A stretch of 50,314 nt of DNA from Octopus bimaculoides. Lineage: Eukaryota. The notes beneath the pieces are model-generated. The model saw only the letters and a list, made by a program, of their open reading frames with translations. It did not search any database and had not been told where the DNA came from. Both the position numbers and the translations under genes were made by a program. Numbering within the stretch: the stretch's first letter is position 1; each line of letters opens with the position of its first letter. The stretch covers positions 37,477,641 to 37,527,954 of the forward strand of contig NC_068996.1 in NCBI RefSeq assembly GCF_001194135.2, in the 5' to 3' direction. Shown here piece after piece: positions 12,450 to 25,115 of this stretch.

Positions 12450-12648
12450 CATGGTGATCCCACTTGTATTGATGGTGTGAAAAAAACCCAGTGTGATGCT
12501 GTAAAGTGGTTGGTGTTAAGAAGATTCATCCAGCTGTAGAAATTGTACCAAAGCATACACTGGAGCATGATATAATCCTCAGACCCACTGGGTCGTCTCA
12601 AACTATCTTAGCCATACCAGCGTGGAACGCAGGTATTAAATGATGATG
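12450..12648 (+). mobile_element. Old RTE-tail fragment
   Basis: AAGTGGTTGGTGTTAAGAAG..CATCCAGCTGTAGAA...TAAATGATGATG. Confidence 0.55.
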
Positions 12649-12903
12649 GCAGAAAGCTAGAACTGATTCTGCAAGGCATCGCACCTGTTGCTCTAACAAT
12701 TCTGCCCATCTACTCTTCTGGACTGGTACATTGTTTTATCCACATCACACACCCATGCATCCATCCTTCTTAAAAAGATAAAAGGCAAATCAACTTCAGC
12801 AGAATTTTGAATTCTGTGTATAGAACAACTACAAGATAATTTATCCAACACTAATGACTCGGTCAATTCTGCCTCACAAAGGTTATATATTCCTGTATAT
12901 GTT

Positions 12904-13384
12904 TCATCATCCTCATCATCGTCGTTTAACGTCCGCTTTCCATGCTAGCATGGGTTGGACGATTTGACTGAGGACTGGTGAAACCAGATGGCTACACCAG
13001 GCTCCAATCTGATTTGGCAGAGTTTCTACAGCTGGATGCCCTTCCTAACGCCAACCACTCAGAGAGTGTAGAGGGTGCTTTTACGTGCCACAAGCACGAA
13101 GGCCAGTCAGGCAGTACTGGCAACGGCCACGCTCAAAATGGTGTTTTTTATGTGCCACCCGCACAAGAGCCAGTCCAGGGGTACTGGCAACAACCTAGCT
13201 CGAAAATCCTTACACATGCCGCGGGCACAAGTGCCATCACAATTTCACTTTCGCTTGCCCCAATAAGTCTTCGCAAGCTGAGTTTCATGTCTGATGTAGG
13301 AAACGATGTTGGCATGGGTGCCAGTCGTCGAATTTAACTTGATTTCGATTTCACTTGCCTCAACAGGTCTTCGCAAGTGGAGTT
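12904..13384 (-). mobile_element. Young RTE LINE 3' UTR (long form), 5'-truncated
   Basis: High similarity to 29250-29770 and 29927-30333; (GAT)n tail. Confidence 0.9.
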
Positions 13385-13842
13385 ATGAAATAAAAGTTGA
13401 CTCTAGCAATGTTTGAACTCAGAATGAAAGGGGTACAGAGTTATATACCTTAAAAGCATTTATTTTGTCCAGTACACTATCATTTCTATATATCCTTACA
13501 CAACCTATTGTGGATAAAAATTTAGGGAACATTTATAGTATAACACTGATGTTTCTTCTCTCTATTTTACTGTGACTGTTATGGTTTTTGCTTGTTTAAA
13601 TTTGCTGTCTGCCATCTTTTGTCCTCGGCCCATCCAACCATTCTCTTGTATTCCTAGCTGAATCATCTTGATCTTACTCTAAACTTTTCCCTGCTAGTCT
13701 CTCCTTTTCAGAATTATTATCTGAAATATACTTGTATTTTCTTTTTTTTTTTTTTTTTTTTTTCTCTTTTTACCTACAAACTTTGATCTGAATTGTAGTT
13801 GCATCAGTCTCACTAGTCTGGTGGCAATGGCAACAGAGATTG

Positions 13843-13950
13843 GAAGGTGGAAAGCAACACTACTATTACTCCTAGTTTTCAAAAATTTCTGCATTACAAG
13901 TCTGTTTTTGCACTTTTGAATTGCAGATATATTTTAAAAAATTTGATTAT
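13843..13950. repeat. About 110-bp dispersed repeat; second copy at about 15875-15975
   Basis: GGTGGAAAGCA...ACTC(C/A)TAGTTTT(T)CAAAAAT(T/A)TCTGCATTACAA shared by both copies. Confidence 0.6.
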
Positions 13951-13954
13951 TATA

Positions 13955-14336
13955 GCCGCAGGAGTGGCTGTGTGGTAAGCAGCTTGCTCACCCACCACAT
14001 GGTTCCGGGTTCAGTCCTACTGCGTGGCACCTTGGGCAAGTGTCTTCTACTATAGCCTCAGGCCGACCAAAGCCTTGTGAGTGGATTTGGTAGATGGAGA
14101 CTAAAAGAAGCATGTCATATATACAAATATGTGTTAGTGTGTCTGTGTTTGTTCCCCCACCCTCCACTATCGCTTGGCAACCGATGTTTGAGTGTTTACG
14201 TCCCCATAACTTAGTGGTTCAGCAAAAGTGACTGATAGAATAAATTCTAGGCTTACAAAGAATAAGTCCTGGGGTCAATTTGTTTGCTTAACAAACAGTG
14301 CTCCAGCATGACTGAAACAAGTAAGCAGTAAAAGAT
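13955..14336 (+). mobile_element. SINE-A, full length
   Basis: A-box TGGCTGTGTGG, B-box-like GGTTCAGTCC, then GGCACCTTGGGCAAG (resembles the CORE-SINE segment). Confidence 0.85.
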
Positions 14337-14338
14337 GA

Positions 14339-14804
14339 CATCATCATCATCGTTTAACGTCCGCTTTCCATGCTAGCATGGGCTGGACGATTTGACTGAG
14401 GACTGGTGAAACCAGATGGTAACACCAGGCTCCAGTCTAATTTGGCAGAGTTTCTACAGCTGGATGTCCTTCCTAACGCCAACCACTCAGAGAGTGTAGT
14501 GGGTGCTTTTACGTGTCACCCGCACGAAAACGGCCACGCTCGTAATGGTGTCTTTTATGTGCCACCTGCACAAGCCAGTCCAGGGGCACTGGCAACGATC
14601 TTACTTGGCTTGCCGGGTCTTCTCACGCACAGCACATTTCCAAAGGTCTCGGTCAGTAGTCATCGCCTCGGTGAGGCCCAATGTACGAAGGTCTTGCCTC
14701 ACCACCTCAGCCCAGGTCTTCCTGGGCCTACCTCTTCCACGGGTTCCCTCAACTGTTAGGGTGTGGCACTTTTTCACGCAGCTATCCTCATCCATTCTCA
14801 CCAC
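14339..14804 (-). mobile_element. Young RTE LINE 3' end: ORF2 C-terminus plus short 3' UTR
   Basis: Minus ORF VVRMDEDSCVKKCHTLTVEGTRGRGRPRKTW...REKTRQAK* (stop at 14603-14601), typical RTE C-terminus; nearly identical to 47090-47294. Confidence 0.9.
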
Positions 14805-14893
14805 TCTCTTGCACACCACAACTGATGCAAGAGAGACTATTGCGCTAATTTTTAGCCATCAAGTAGGATATTTTGAAAACAAATTGGCTGACA

Positions 14894-15050
14894 CATCATC
14901 ATTATCATCGTTTAATGTCTACCTTCCATACTGGCATGGGTGGGATGGTTTGACAAGAGCTGGCCAGGCAGTCCAGCACCAGACTTCTGTAACTGTTTTG
15001 GCAGGATTTTTACAGCTGGATGCCTTTTCTAATACCCACCACTCAACAAT
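14894..15050 (-). mobile_element. Old RTE-tail fragment
   Basis: CATCATC..TTTAATGTCTACCTTCCATACTGGCATGGG...CAGCTGGATGCC. Confidence 0.65.
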
Positions 15051-15213
15051 AGAACATTATTAGAAAAGTTTTATTGCAGCTAGTTTGGTACTGCCTTGTT
15101 TTAAGTTCAAATATTGTTGGAGATCAACTTAGCATTCGATCCTTCTCAAAACCTTGTCAATTGAAATTGAAGAAAAAGGAAAGAAACATCTCATATCTTA
15201 GAAAGTTGTTTAC

Positions 15214-15428
15214 TTAAACTCTTAATATCGCATCCTACCCAAGATCACTTTGCCTCTATGGTAGAAACTTCATGTTTTAAAGCAAAGCAATCTAAGTTAA
15301 AACCTTCCATCAAAATTTCATGTTAATCTGTGTTCCAAACATGAGCTTGATAATTGCAAAATTATTTTTAAAATCAATTGAAACAAGGCCAGTGTATTTC
15401 AACAGAAGAATGGTAACAAAAGGGTTAA
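15214..15428. mobile_element. piggyBac-like MITE, second family
   Basis: Right end GGTAACAAAAGGGTTAA; degenerate left end TTAAACTCTT. Confidence 0.45.
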
Positions 15429-16670
15429 AGTGATCTAAATTATAACCTGTCAAAATTTCATGTCAATTTATGTTCCAAACACCAACTTAATGATGTCAAA
15501 TTTTGGCACAAGGCCAGCAATTCCAGGGAAAGGGCTAAGTTCATTACTTTGAACCCCAGAGTTTAACTGGTACTTACTTTATTTACCTTGAAAGTTGACT
15601 TCAGCGAAATTTGAGAAAATACCAATTTAATAATAATGAAGTGGCAGAAATGATAGTGCTACAATTGGTCTAGCTTTGTTATGAGTTCAGTTTTATTCTG
15701 AAATCAATATATAAGTCTAGGTTGATTCAGCTGTCCTTGAAAAAAGATTTTAATCTTTTACAAATTAATTTCAGTAAAGGGATGTGCATCTTCATCATCA
15801 TTAAATCTCCATTTTCCATGCTGAGATAGGTAGAATGGTTTGACAGGAACTGGAAAATCAGAATACTGCACCAGGTGGAAAGCAGTGCCACTTTTACTCA
15901 TAGTTTTTCAAAAATATCTGCATTACAAAACTTTTATACTTTTAAATTTGTAGAGATATTTTAATATTTGACTATGTGTTCATTATAGTTAATTAGTTTC
16001 AAGAATGCGTACATGATATAAAATTTAATTTTTATCCATCTGTTTTGGCATGGTTTCTATGGTTGGATGTCCTTCCTAATGCCAACAATTTTACAGTGTA
16101 CTGAGTGGTTTTACCATGGCACAAGCATCAGTGAGTCATCCAGTAATTTGCAGAAAAATACCCTCTCAATTGAGGAGTGTAGTATTGAGGGACAGAAACA
16201 GTATCTTGCATTAGAAGAGAAACATGGCCAGCTCAGGTGGAGGCAGAGGTGTATGCAGTGAAGTGGACCAGGGATTGGAGAGGGTGAGTTCAAGAGATTG
16301 CAGTAGGAGTATTGGAGTTAGAGGTGGGGAGATATAACGAGTGGGTACTGGTAGAGGGAAAGGGGATATTAAGAGGAAATGTCATGAAGGAATTTAACAG
16401 CGACATATTGTGTAGAGGTAGGTACATGAGGGAGAATGGAAGGGTTGTAAGGAAAAAAAGAAGAAAAAGTTATACTAAATCTCTATGTTCGTAAGCACTC
16501 AATATTCAAGATATTGTGCTGTTGGTAACCTTATTGACTCAGGAGTTTAAGAAATCAGAAATATGTTTTCTCTGGACTTTATTCAGTTCAATCTCATGTT
16601 CATCACATAGTCTTGCAGATGGTCTGAGTCAATGAGTATTGTGTTGGCCACGGATACTATCTTTTATTTT

Positions 16671-17003
16671 TTTACTTGTTTCAGTCATGCTGGAGCACTA
16701 CCTTTGAGAATTTTTAGTCAATTGAAACCACCCTAGTACTTATACTTTTTTTTAAGCCCAATACTTATTCTATCAATCTCTTTGCTGAACTGCTAAGTTA
16801 CAGGAATGTAAACACACCAACTCCAGTTGACAAGCATTGGTGGAGGACACACTCATATAATATATATATACATGTGATAGGCTTCTTTCAGTTTCCATTT
16901 ACCAAATCCAATCACAAGACTTTTGTCAGATTGGCCAAAGCTATATTTGACAACACTTTCCCAGGATGTCATATAGTGGGACTGAACCCAAGATCATATG
17001 CTA
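16671..17003 (-). mobile_element. SINE-A, degenerate
   Basis: Reverse complement of the SINE-A body and B-box region. Confidence 0.75.
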
Positions 17004-17685
17004 ATGGTTAGATACCAGCTGTTATTCTTTTCCACATGGAACCTAATATTCTGTAATCATCTTTAGGTTCATTAAATTGTAATATATGCTGATAGAGTAT
17101 TGCTATTTCCAAACATCGAATTATTAAATTAACTGGCTGCAAGCAGTTCTCCTGTGATACTAGTCTTAAAACATTTCATATGGATACTTCAAAAAAACAT
17201 TTTGGTAAATTTTTTCTCACTGTCAATGTCTTGATAATTATTGATTGCCCCTATGCTACTCCCTCCTCTACCATTCATAGTTGACTTCCATCTTCCTCTC
17301 TCAGAACTCTGTTTTGAATTTCCATACCAACAACCATATAGGTGACTTACATGTGCAGACACACTCTCTCCTAAATCACTTTGTCACTCTGTGGCTTTCT
17401 ATTACATTTTCCTTTGTTACCCACTTAGATCTTTCCTCATTTTTACTCCTATTTGCTGATACTGGGACCATAACAGAATACATTTGCTACACTCTAAAGT
17501 GCCTCTGGTTGTAGAAACAAGCCAAAAATCGGACCTCAAGAGAGGTAGCCAACCTGAATAATAATTTAACTTGGGACAATGACTCATCCAATCCATGCCA
17601 GTGAGAAATTGATGGTAAAATTTACAAGAAATGTTGGATTCAATATTGTAGTTTCAAAAACAAACAAATAAATAAAGTATTCAGT

Positions 17686-17950
17686 AGGCATAAGTGTGGT
17701 TGTGTGATAAGAAGTTTGCTTCCAAGCCAGATTCAGTGCCCCTGCATGGCACCTTCTACTAAATACCTCAACCATTGAAGGCCTTGTGTGTGGATTTGGT
17801 AGACAGAAACTGAAAGAAGCATGTTGTGTGTGTGTATCTTTGTGTTTGTTCCCCTCCACTGTTTGACAACCGGTATTGATTTGATTATGCCCCTATAACT
17901 TACTGGTTCAGCATAAAAGACTGTAAGAGTAAAGTACCAGGCTGAAAGAA
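17686..17950 (+). mobile_element. SINE-A, degenerate, first of a tandem pair
   Basis: Head GTGTGGTTGTGTGATAAG; body GGATTTGGTAGACAGAAACTGAAAGAAGC. Confidence 0.7.
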
Positions 17951-17972
17951 AATCATAAATAATAAACTGGGA

Positions 17973-18137
17973 GGTGCAGGAGTGGCTGTGTGGTAAGTTG
18001 CCTGCTCACCAACCACGTGGTTCCGGGTTCAGTCCCACTGCGTGGCACCTTGGGCAAGTGTCTTCTACTATAGTCTCAGGCCAACCAAAGCCTTGTGAGT
18101 AGATTTGGTAGACGGAAACTGAAAGAAGCCCGTCGTA

Positions 18138-18176
<39 letters not shown>

Positions 18177-18186
18177 NNNNNNNNNN

Positions 18187-18233
<47 letters not shown>

Positions 18234-18433
18234 TTGTGTGTCTGTGCTTGTCCCTCCAACATCGCTTGACAACCGACGCTGGTGTGTTTACATCCCCGTG
18301 GCTTAGCAGTTCAGCAAAAAGAGACCGATATAATAAGTGCTAGGCTTACAAAGAATAAGTCTTGGAATCGATTTGATCGACTAAACTTGGTGCTCCAGCA
18401 TAGCCGCATTCAAATGACTGAAACAATTAAAAG
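17973..18433 (+). mobile_element. SINE-A, young full length with expanded (TA)n
   Basis: GGTGCAGGAGTGGCTGTGTGGTAAG...GGTTCAGTCCCACTGCGTGGCACCTTGGGCAAG. Confidence 0.9.
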
Positions 18434-19044
18434 AATAATTCATTCGTTTGACTAAAACTTTTCGACTTATACAAATAAAAGGATAATGGAATGCATGATG
18501 ACTAAGTAATTTGGTCAGCCAGGAGCCATAAAGTTCTAGATATGGCTATTTTATTCTTAATTCAGACAATCAATTGACCCATTTATTTTTAAAGATGATA
18601 GTGTGTTTTAAAGGAAAGGAGGAAGCTGTTTCTAGCAGTTCAAATGATTAACAACATAGGAGTTCTTGGTGCAATAATAGTTTCACCACCGCATACACAT
18701 GCACACTGATAAGAAGAGGAAGACTATAGCACTTTCAGTACTTCTAAGATAGATACACTCAAATCAGATACCCAACCTGAAAGCTTGCAACAGAGTAACC
18801 CCCACTGGAAACATTTCAGGTCCAGATGATGAATTCAGTTTACCATCAAAGCACAGGAATAGTTCCTTCAAATGTGGCTGTTGGAAGGAGAGAGAGAGAA
18901 TTATTGAGGTATCTCAAGGGGCAGTAATTACAGGACCAATAAGAGAAGCAATTGCCAATATAGAAGAAACAGGGTTTTTTGTTGTAGCTGTAAGGCCGGG
19001 GAGAGACTCTGATCATGGTCCATAGTCAGATTTAGGCGTTGAAA

Positions 19045-19297
19045 TATATTGTGAAGTGGTTGGCATTTGGAAGGTCATCCAGCTGTAAAGACCATGCCAA
19101 AACTGACTTTGCTTGCGCTGGTGCTGCATAGAACACTCAGTCCAGTCTGTAGGATGATTGGTGTTAGCAAGGGCAACCAGCTGTAAAAAACCTGCCAAAA
19201 CAGACACAGTAACCTGAGGTAGTCTTCTACCTGGACAGCTCCTGTCAAACTATCCAACCCATGCCAGCATAGAATACAGACATTAGATGATGATGAT
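19045..19297 (+). mobile_element. Old RTE-tail fragments (two partial units)
   Basis: Two CAGCTGTAAA modules; ends CCAACCCATGCCAGCATAG...AGATGATGATGAT. Confidence 0.65.
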
Positions 19298-20682
19298 TTG
19301 GCTATAGATTTTAGAGGTAACCAGCTAGGAGATGGCATTTCATATTCTTCCATCTGCGACAAAGGCACCAAACTCATATGGATTGGTACACCATGGATGA
19401 CAGCAGGTATGACATAATTTAACTTTTCCTGGTTTAGGCTCACTCAAAATATATAACTGAAGACTTCATGATCACAACAGGTTATAAGTGTCTTAAACAA
19501 GAAATCATTTGGGAGATCAAGGGAAGATGCACCACAGAGCAAGTGAACACCAGTGTATAACTGGTGTGTGTTTTATTAACTGGAGAGGAAGAATGGCACC
19601 ATACTAGCCAGCTCCCTAATTTGCTTCAGCTCTGATAATGTCCAAATATTGTTTCCATATTTAATCATTAAGAAACCCCACTCCTGTTCTCTCCTTCAAC
19701 CCTGGTAACTTTTGTTCAACTATAACAGTTAGAAAGTTTTCTTTTGGCATTTATTCCTATCACTAATGACACCTGCTAATGACCAATTTCATCATCTCTG
19801 AAATAACTCTTCCTAAATCCCTTCTTTATTTATTTTTTTACCATTTACTCTGAATTCCATACGAGTGTGTATAAGTCTCTCTCTTTCTCTCTGTCTGTCT
19901 GTCTCACTAAGTCAGATATAACTTGCAGATGCAGATCTATAATCAAAAACATTACACTTGTGACCATCTAACAATAGAGTTCAATTCAAAGGAGATCTGC
20001 CTGCTGTTTCTAGCAGTTAGTGAACATATAAAGTTTGGCTCAGTAGTGTTTTGAATACTTAACCCTTCATATATCAGTGGCACAACTGTAATGATGTGTA
20101 AACTACTTCTATACTTTTCACATTTAATGTACATCAGTGAAGTATCTCACTGAAGTGGAAAAAATCGAAAAATTGTCTCAACAGTTCACATTCATTTTTT
20201 TCTTCATCAGTCTTCTGGAAGCATAAGTTCATATCCCACTGCTGCCCTGTGTAATATTTTTGTAAGATGAATTGGTAGAAGCATTAGAATGCTAGGTAGA
20301 ATACCACAGTCATTTTTTTGACAGCCTTAATTCAAATTCTACCAAGTGGGAAGAAACTCTCAAGAGAGCTGAATAACCAAAGGTCTTCAGAGAAGAATTA
20401 CCACTCAGGCAAGTGTTCCTTCCCTTAACTTCTTACACTCTAAGAGGGCCAGATTGCATCCAGGTCACAACGCCTGGGCATCCTCCTGCTGACATCTTCA
20501 TCCAGTCTGCAATTGTATATACATAATATATATATGCATGCACACACAGATCCCTATTGACAGTCCTCATATTAAATGAAATGTTAGCATTATGGCATGC
20601 TTAGTTCTCTGTAGCTATTGAAATTGTTGAGTATATAAACAGATTGGCTGTTTGTTTCTCCGTAACTGGTTAAACAGATGTA

Positions 20683-20730
20683 GATGCCTCTGATGAGAAT
20701 CCAATAAGATTGGAAAATCAATTAACACCG
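20683..20730 (+). ncRNA. Highly degenerate hammerhead-like motif
   Basis: CTGATGA 20690-20696, stem II GAATC/GATTG, GAAA 20713-20716, AATCAATT near-palindrome; stem I not recoverable. Confidence 0.3.
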
Positions 20731-21404
20731 ATAAACATAGTTTTTTCAGCCTATAGTGAAATAGCTAAATCACTCCCTGTTTATAAATCTACTATATAGG
20801 TTACATATATATGTAGCATTTTGGATTAATGGGTTAGGGTTAGTATGTTGATGTGTTGAGTAAAGTACTGGCATGATTTGGGCTACCTGGTGTCATCTGC
20901 AGTTGTGGTATATTTCACTAATTTATGTGGGTAAATAACATGACCACCTGAACTCTATTAGTGAGACACTTCATGTATGAATGTACCTGATATGACCCAG
21001 ATTGCAAATTTGATGCAACACAATATGATGCACAGCATCCCACCCATAAGGGACAGTTGCAGGATGGGTCGAAACAACCATCATACAAAATAAAGACTAA
21101 TACCAAATCCATCTTCTGTATCCTAAATCGATTATTATTATTATATATATATAAGTGAGTTTGGAGAGATATGTTATTCAGGTGGATACTGTATTAGCTC
21201 TCAGTTAAGCTCCAGTTAATGGCTAACCACACCGATCAATACCTAATGTCTGTGACAACTATTAGTGGTTAATCACTTCCTGAATATGCTGTATATAACT
21301 ATAAAATAAATTTTGTGGATGTGTAAGTCTCCATACTCTTTATTATTAATATATTAATATATATATATATATATACACACACACATACATATTATGTGGT
21401 GTCT

Positions 21405-21625
21405 CTCCCAATCTGATGGTGGCCCTGGCTGTTAATTGAAAAGTATGGAGGTTTGGCTGTGTGTGACACTGGAGTAGAGTACTTTGAAACCGAATGCAGG
21501 AAGCTGCATGAAGAGAAAAGGAGACATCATAAACCACCTGCAGTGTTGCCCGGGCTCACTTTCAGTGCCCTTACTGCCACAAGATCTGCTGTTCTGATTT
21601 GCCTTATAGTTAATTAGGATATCTT
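21405..21625 (+). mobile_element. Decayed RTE/BovB-like ORF2 C-terminus
   Basis: GVEYFETECRKLHEEKRRHHK, then frameshifted FQCPYCHKIC (CxxC at 21566-21577), resembling the BovB-type C-terminal zinc finger. Confidence 0.5.
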
Positions 21626-21654
21626 CCAATAAACACAGTGTGCCACTGACTTAA

Positions 21655-22073
21655 CTTTCTTCATCCATTAAAGTCCATTTTTCCATGTTAGCATTGGTGT
21701 AATGAAGAAGTATTTGAAGCAAGATTTTATTCCCTGATGCTATTCCTGTCACAAATCCTTGCATTTGTTTCTCAAGTAAGGAATGGCTTATTTCCACAAG
21801 TCTTCAAAACTATAGAGTGACTAATCACAATATCAACAAACACGGTAACCATATCACTGTTTCGCTCAAATGAAACCGTAGGATGTAGACAAGTGCGCAC
21901 AGGTGCACATATACAACAGGCTTCCTACAGTTTTTGCCTACCAAATTCACCCATAAAACATTAACTGACCTGGAGCTATAATATGAGTTGCTTACCCAAG
22001 TGCCATGCAGTAGAGCTGAACTGAAAGCCATGTGGTTGTGAAGCGAACTTATTAATCACAGCTATGCTTGCCT
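21655..22073 (-). mobile_element. SINE-A head with RTE-type tail, degenerate
   Basis: Reverse complement of the 11884-12215 architecture. Confidence 0.55.
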
Positions 22074-22206
22074 CTATGTTTCACTATAATCAAATTTGTA
22101 CACTTTTCACTCAAATTTTTAGTATGTTGGTGAAACACACAACATTGATATGTGAGTTAGTGGAATATACAATTACATATACAGTATATATGTTAAACAT
22201 CTCTTA

Positions 22207-22602
22207 CCTTTTATCTTTTGCTTGTTTTAGTCATTTGACTGTGGCCATGCTAGGGCACTACCTTAAAGGGTTTTTGTGAAACAGATCAACCCCCGGAGTT
22301 TATTTTTTAAGATTAGTACTTATTCTATCGGTCTCTTTTGCTGAATCTCTAAGTTATGGGGGCATAAGCACACCAACACCTGTTGGTCATGCAGTGGTGG
22401 GGGACAAACACAGATACAAAAACACACACACATAGATATATACATACATATATATATATGATGGGCTTCTTTCAGTTTCCATCTACCAAATCCACTCAAG
22501 GCTGTAGTAGAAGACACTAGCCCAAAGTGCCACACGGTGGGACTGAACCCGGAACCATGTGGTTCGGAAGTACACTTCTTACCACACAGCCACGGCTGCA
22601 CC
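22207..22602 (-). mobile_element. SINE-A, full length
   Basis: Ends GGGACTGAACCCGGAACCATGTGG...CTTACCACACAGCCAC. Confidence 0.85.
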
Positions 22603-22661
22603 TATAATCTATTTCATACTATTATAATTGTTACGCTTTTATAAAACAATATTTCTGCTTT

Positions 22662-22892
22662 ATTTATCCTTTTAACATTCAGATTATTCTATAAAATGTA
22701 AGGCTTATTTATTCACAATGTTCTGAATTAATCATGAATAATCTCAAAGCTTTGATGTTTCAATGACATGATTGTTAATTTTTTATAACAACATTGTAGG
22801 ATAAGTGTGAGAGGCCAGAGCCAGCCAGTTTGAACATAGAACAAGCAAAATATTTGGGCCAGATATTGCTGGTTTAAATGTTAAAGAGTCAT
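22662..22892. mobile_element. MITE-H copy
   Basis: AACATTCAGATT...GTGTGAGAGGCCAG...GGTTTAAATGTTAAAG. Confidence 0.7.
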
Positions 22893-23075
22893 AAATGTTC
22901 AAAACACCACCATTTCACTACTCCTGTTTGTATTCCCTTTTTCCACTCTCCCTTAGTTTCAAACCTCCTATGAAAGATAACCATTGATGCTAGCCATATT
23001 ATTTTCACACACAAATGTGAAGTTAGCTTGGATAATAGTTTAAAGTGCTGTGGAAATGATGCATTGCTGAACATG

Positions 23076-23205
23076 TATCATCATCATCATCATTTGTCAT
23101 ACATCTTCCATGCTAGTATGGGTTTGACAATACAAGAGGATTCGACGAATCAAATGACTACTTCAAACTATGATGTCTGCTTTGGCATGGTATCTACAAC
23201 TGAAT
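23076..23205 (-). mobile_element. Old RTE-tail fragment
   Basis: (CAT)n then CTTCCATGCTAGTATGGG. Confidence 0.55.
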
Positions 23206-24725
23206 ATACTGCAGTTAGAAATTACGTCCCTGGATCTTGAATTCAAAGTCCTGTTTAGTTTGATTCAACCTTACAGTAGCCTGTTATATATCTTTGGGTC
23301 AATGTTGAAGCCCTACTGATGTCAACTTTGCTTTTGGAGTTAGTATGGTCAGTACTTGATTTGTGTTCAGTATTATTATCCTTCAGTTTTGTTTACCAAA
23401 ATGATAAGAATCAATATTAAATGCTGTCGGGAGTCAGTTTTACACTTTTATCCCTTTAGGGACAATTCAGTTGATCCATTGGGGATCAATTCAATGAGTG
23501 CCAGCTATATACTTGGAATCAATTCAATGTTCTGTACCTCTTTTTCTAAGACATACCTTGTTACAATGTTAGGAATCATTATTACGAAAGTAGTACAATG
23601 ATGAACCATTTTACAAAATCTGTGGCATTTAGTTTGTGTTCTCACATTGACTTCACCTTTTCATCTTTCCAGGATCAATAAAAAGAAAATGTCAATTGGA
23701 GAACTGTGATTGGCTTTAATTAACTGGCTGGCCTTGTACTTCAGTTAAAATTTTTTTATTGATTTTCATTGATGAAAACTTCCACTTGTTTGCTATGGAA
23801 TATATCTCTAGTTGCTATTGTCTAATCCTATTTCAGATTATGAACTAAGATGTTTCCAATCTACAAGGTTTTTTTTTTCCCAGAACCACATTATCTTATA
23901 TGTTCTTTTCTAAGTCAACAGGATATGATTTGAGGGAGATTAGGTTACTATTCTAGCAAATCAAACATCCAAATGAGATTCTCCATAGTTGGCTTGAAGC
24001 AACAATAGCTATCAAGTTCCAGGTCACCTTTGATCAAACCAATCTATCTGCAGAGGTATCCTAGTTATGTAATTATCCTGTCTCTTTATATATTGTTCTG
24101 TGTAGCTTTCCTTCTTAAGATCAGAGTATGTAATTTCAGAGAAATCTAACTGCTATTTCTGAGACTCCCTTGTTATCTCAAATCAACTCTATTTTTAATA
24201 ATTGGTTCTTATTTTTATTACTCCTGAGAGATAAAAGTCCATTGATTTACTCAACAATGTCACTGACACTAAAATCTCTGGCATTTTCACATGTGGTAAA
24301 ACTAGAGGCAAGCAAACATCTGCTGATATGTTTACCAGTTTCATTGTTTACTTGTAGAAATGAGAAATGGCTTTAAAGAAAAAGATGGTAACGTGAGCTT
24401 TCTTGTTATTCTCTGTTACATTTGAATGGAAATCAATATTCGTTTATGTTTTTAACGTTTTAATTTATGACAAAGAAGATAACCCGAAGCTTTATATTCA
24501 TTTATAAGTATATTAATGTCATAAAGGAAGAAAATTGATTTCAACTAAAAATTGAATTTGGCTTGGAAGATTTCATGTTGGATGACTTTGATGTTTTCCT
24601 ACACTACTTGCTTATCTCCCTTTACAAATGTCACTTACTGCACTAAGCGCAACAGTAATAGTAACTTAATGTTGATTACGTCCCTTCCTTAACGATTCGC
24701 AAGTGGACACACANNNNNNNNNNTA

Positions 24726-24966
24726 TATAGGGTTGGCTAAAAGTCGCCCGACAGTATGTCAAAATTCCATAAATAGTTAATATTCAATTTTCTTTATTCA
24801 TTTTTTTGAAAATGGTGTCGCTCAACAAGGACTTCAATGTGAACAATTTTCATGATGTTTCATATTGAGATGCTTTTATTAAATTCATTCACTTGTGAAA
24901 CATAAATAAATCTTGAGAATTAAATGGTTTTGATTTACTGTCAGGTGACTTTTGCCCAACCATATA
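24726..24966. mobile_element. Tc1/mariner-type MITE, inverted relative to 11611-11847
   Basis: TATAGGGTTGGCTAAAAGTCGCCCGACAGTA / TACTGTCAGGTGACTTTTGCCCAACC TIRs; internal homology to the first copy. Confidence 0.8.
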
Positions 24967-25115
24967 TATGTATGTATGTATATGTTTATATATATATGTG
25001 TATATATATGTTCATAGAAAAACATGTAATCGTCACCAATATAGCAAGAGATTTCACCGCAAAAGGTCTAAATTAGACTCCTTAAGGATCGTTCTCCTTG
25101 GTTATATATCTAAAG

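Noticed and set aside
12978-13337. Recurrent ORF MKPDGYTRLQSDLAEFLQLDALPNANHSESV... (also at 14406, 29336, 29888) as a novel gene family
   Set aside because: Antisense reading of the young RTE 3' UTR; the copies diverge by frameshifts and start at GTG
18750-19023. About 89-codon open frame without a start codon (PDDEFSLPSK...GRDSDHGP)
   Set aside because: No recognisable homology, only moderate splice sites, and a length attainable by chance in 50 kb
20831-20843. TTAGGG telomere-like repeat
   Set aside because: Only about two units
20987-21080. CTGATAT-GACCCA...TGGGTC-GAAAC hammerhead-like arrangement
   Set aside because: G8 and A9 are missing, with no NUH triplet or correctly placed stem I
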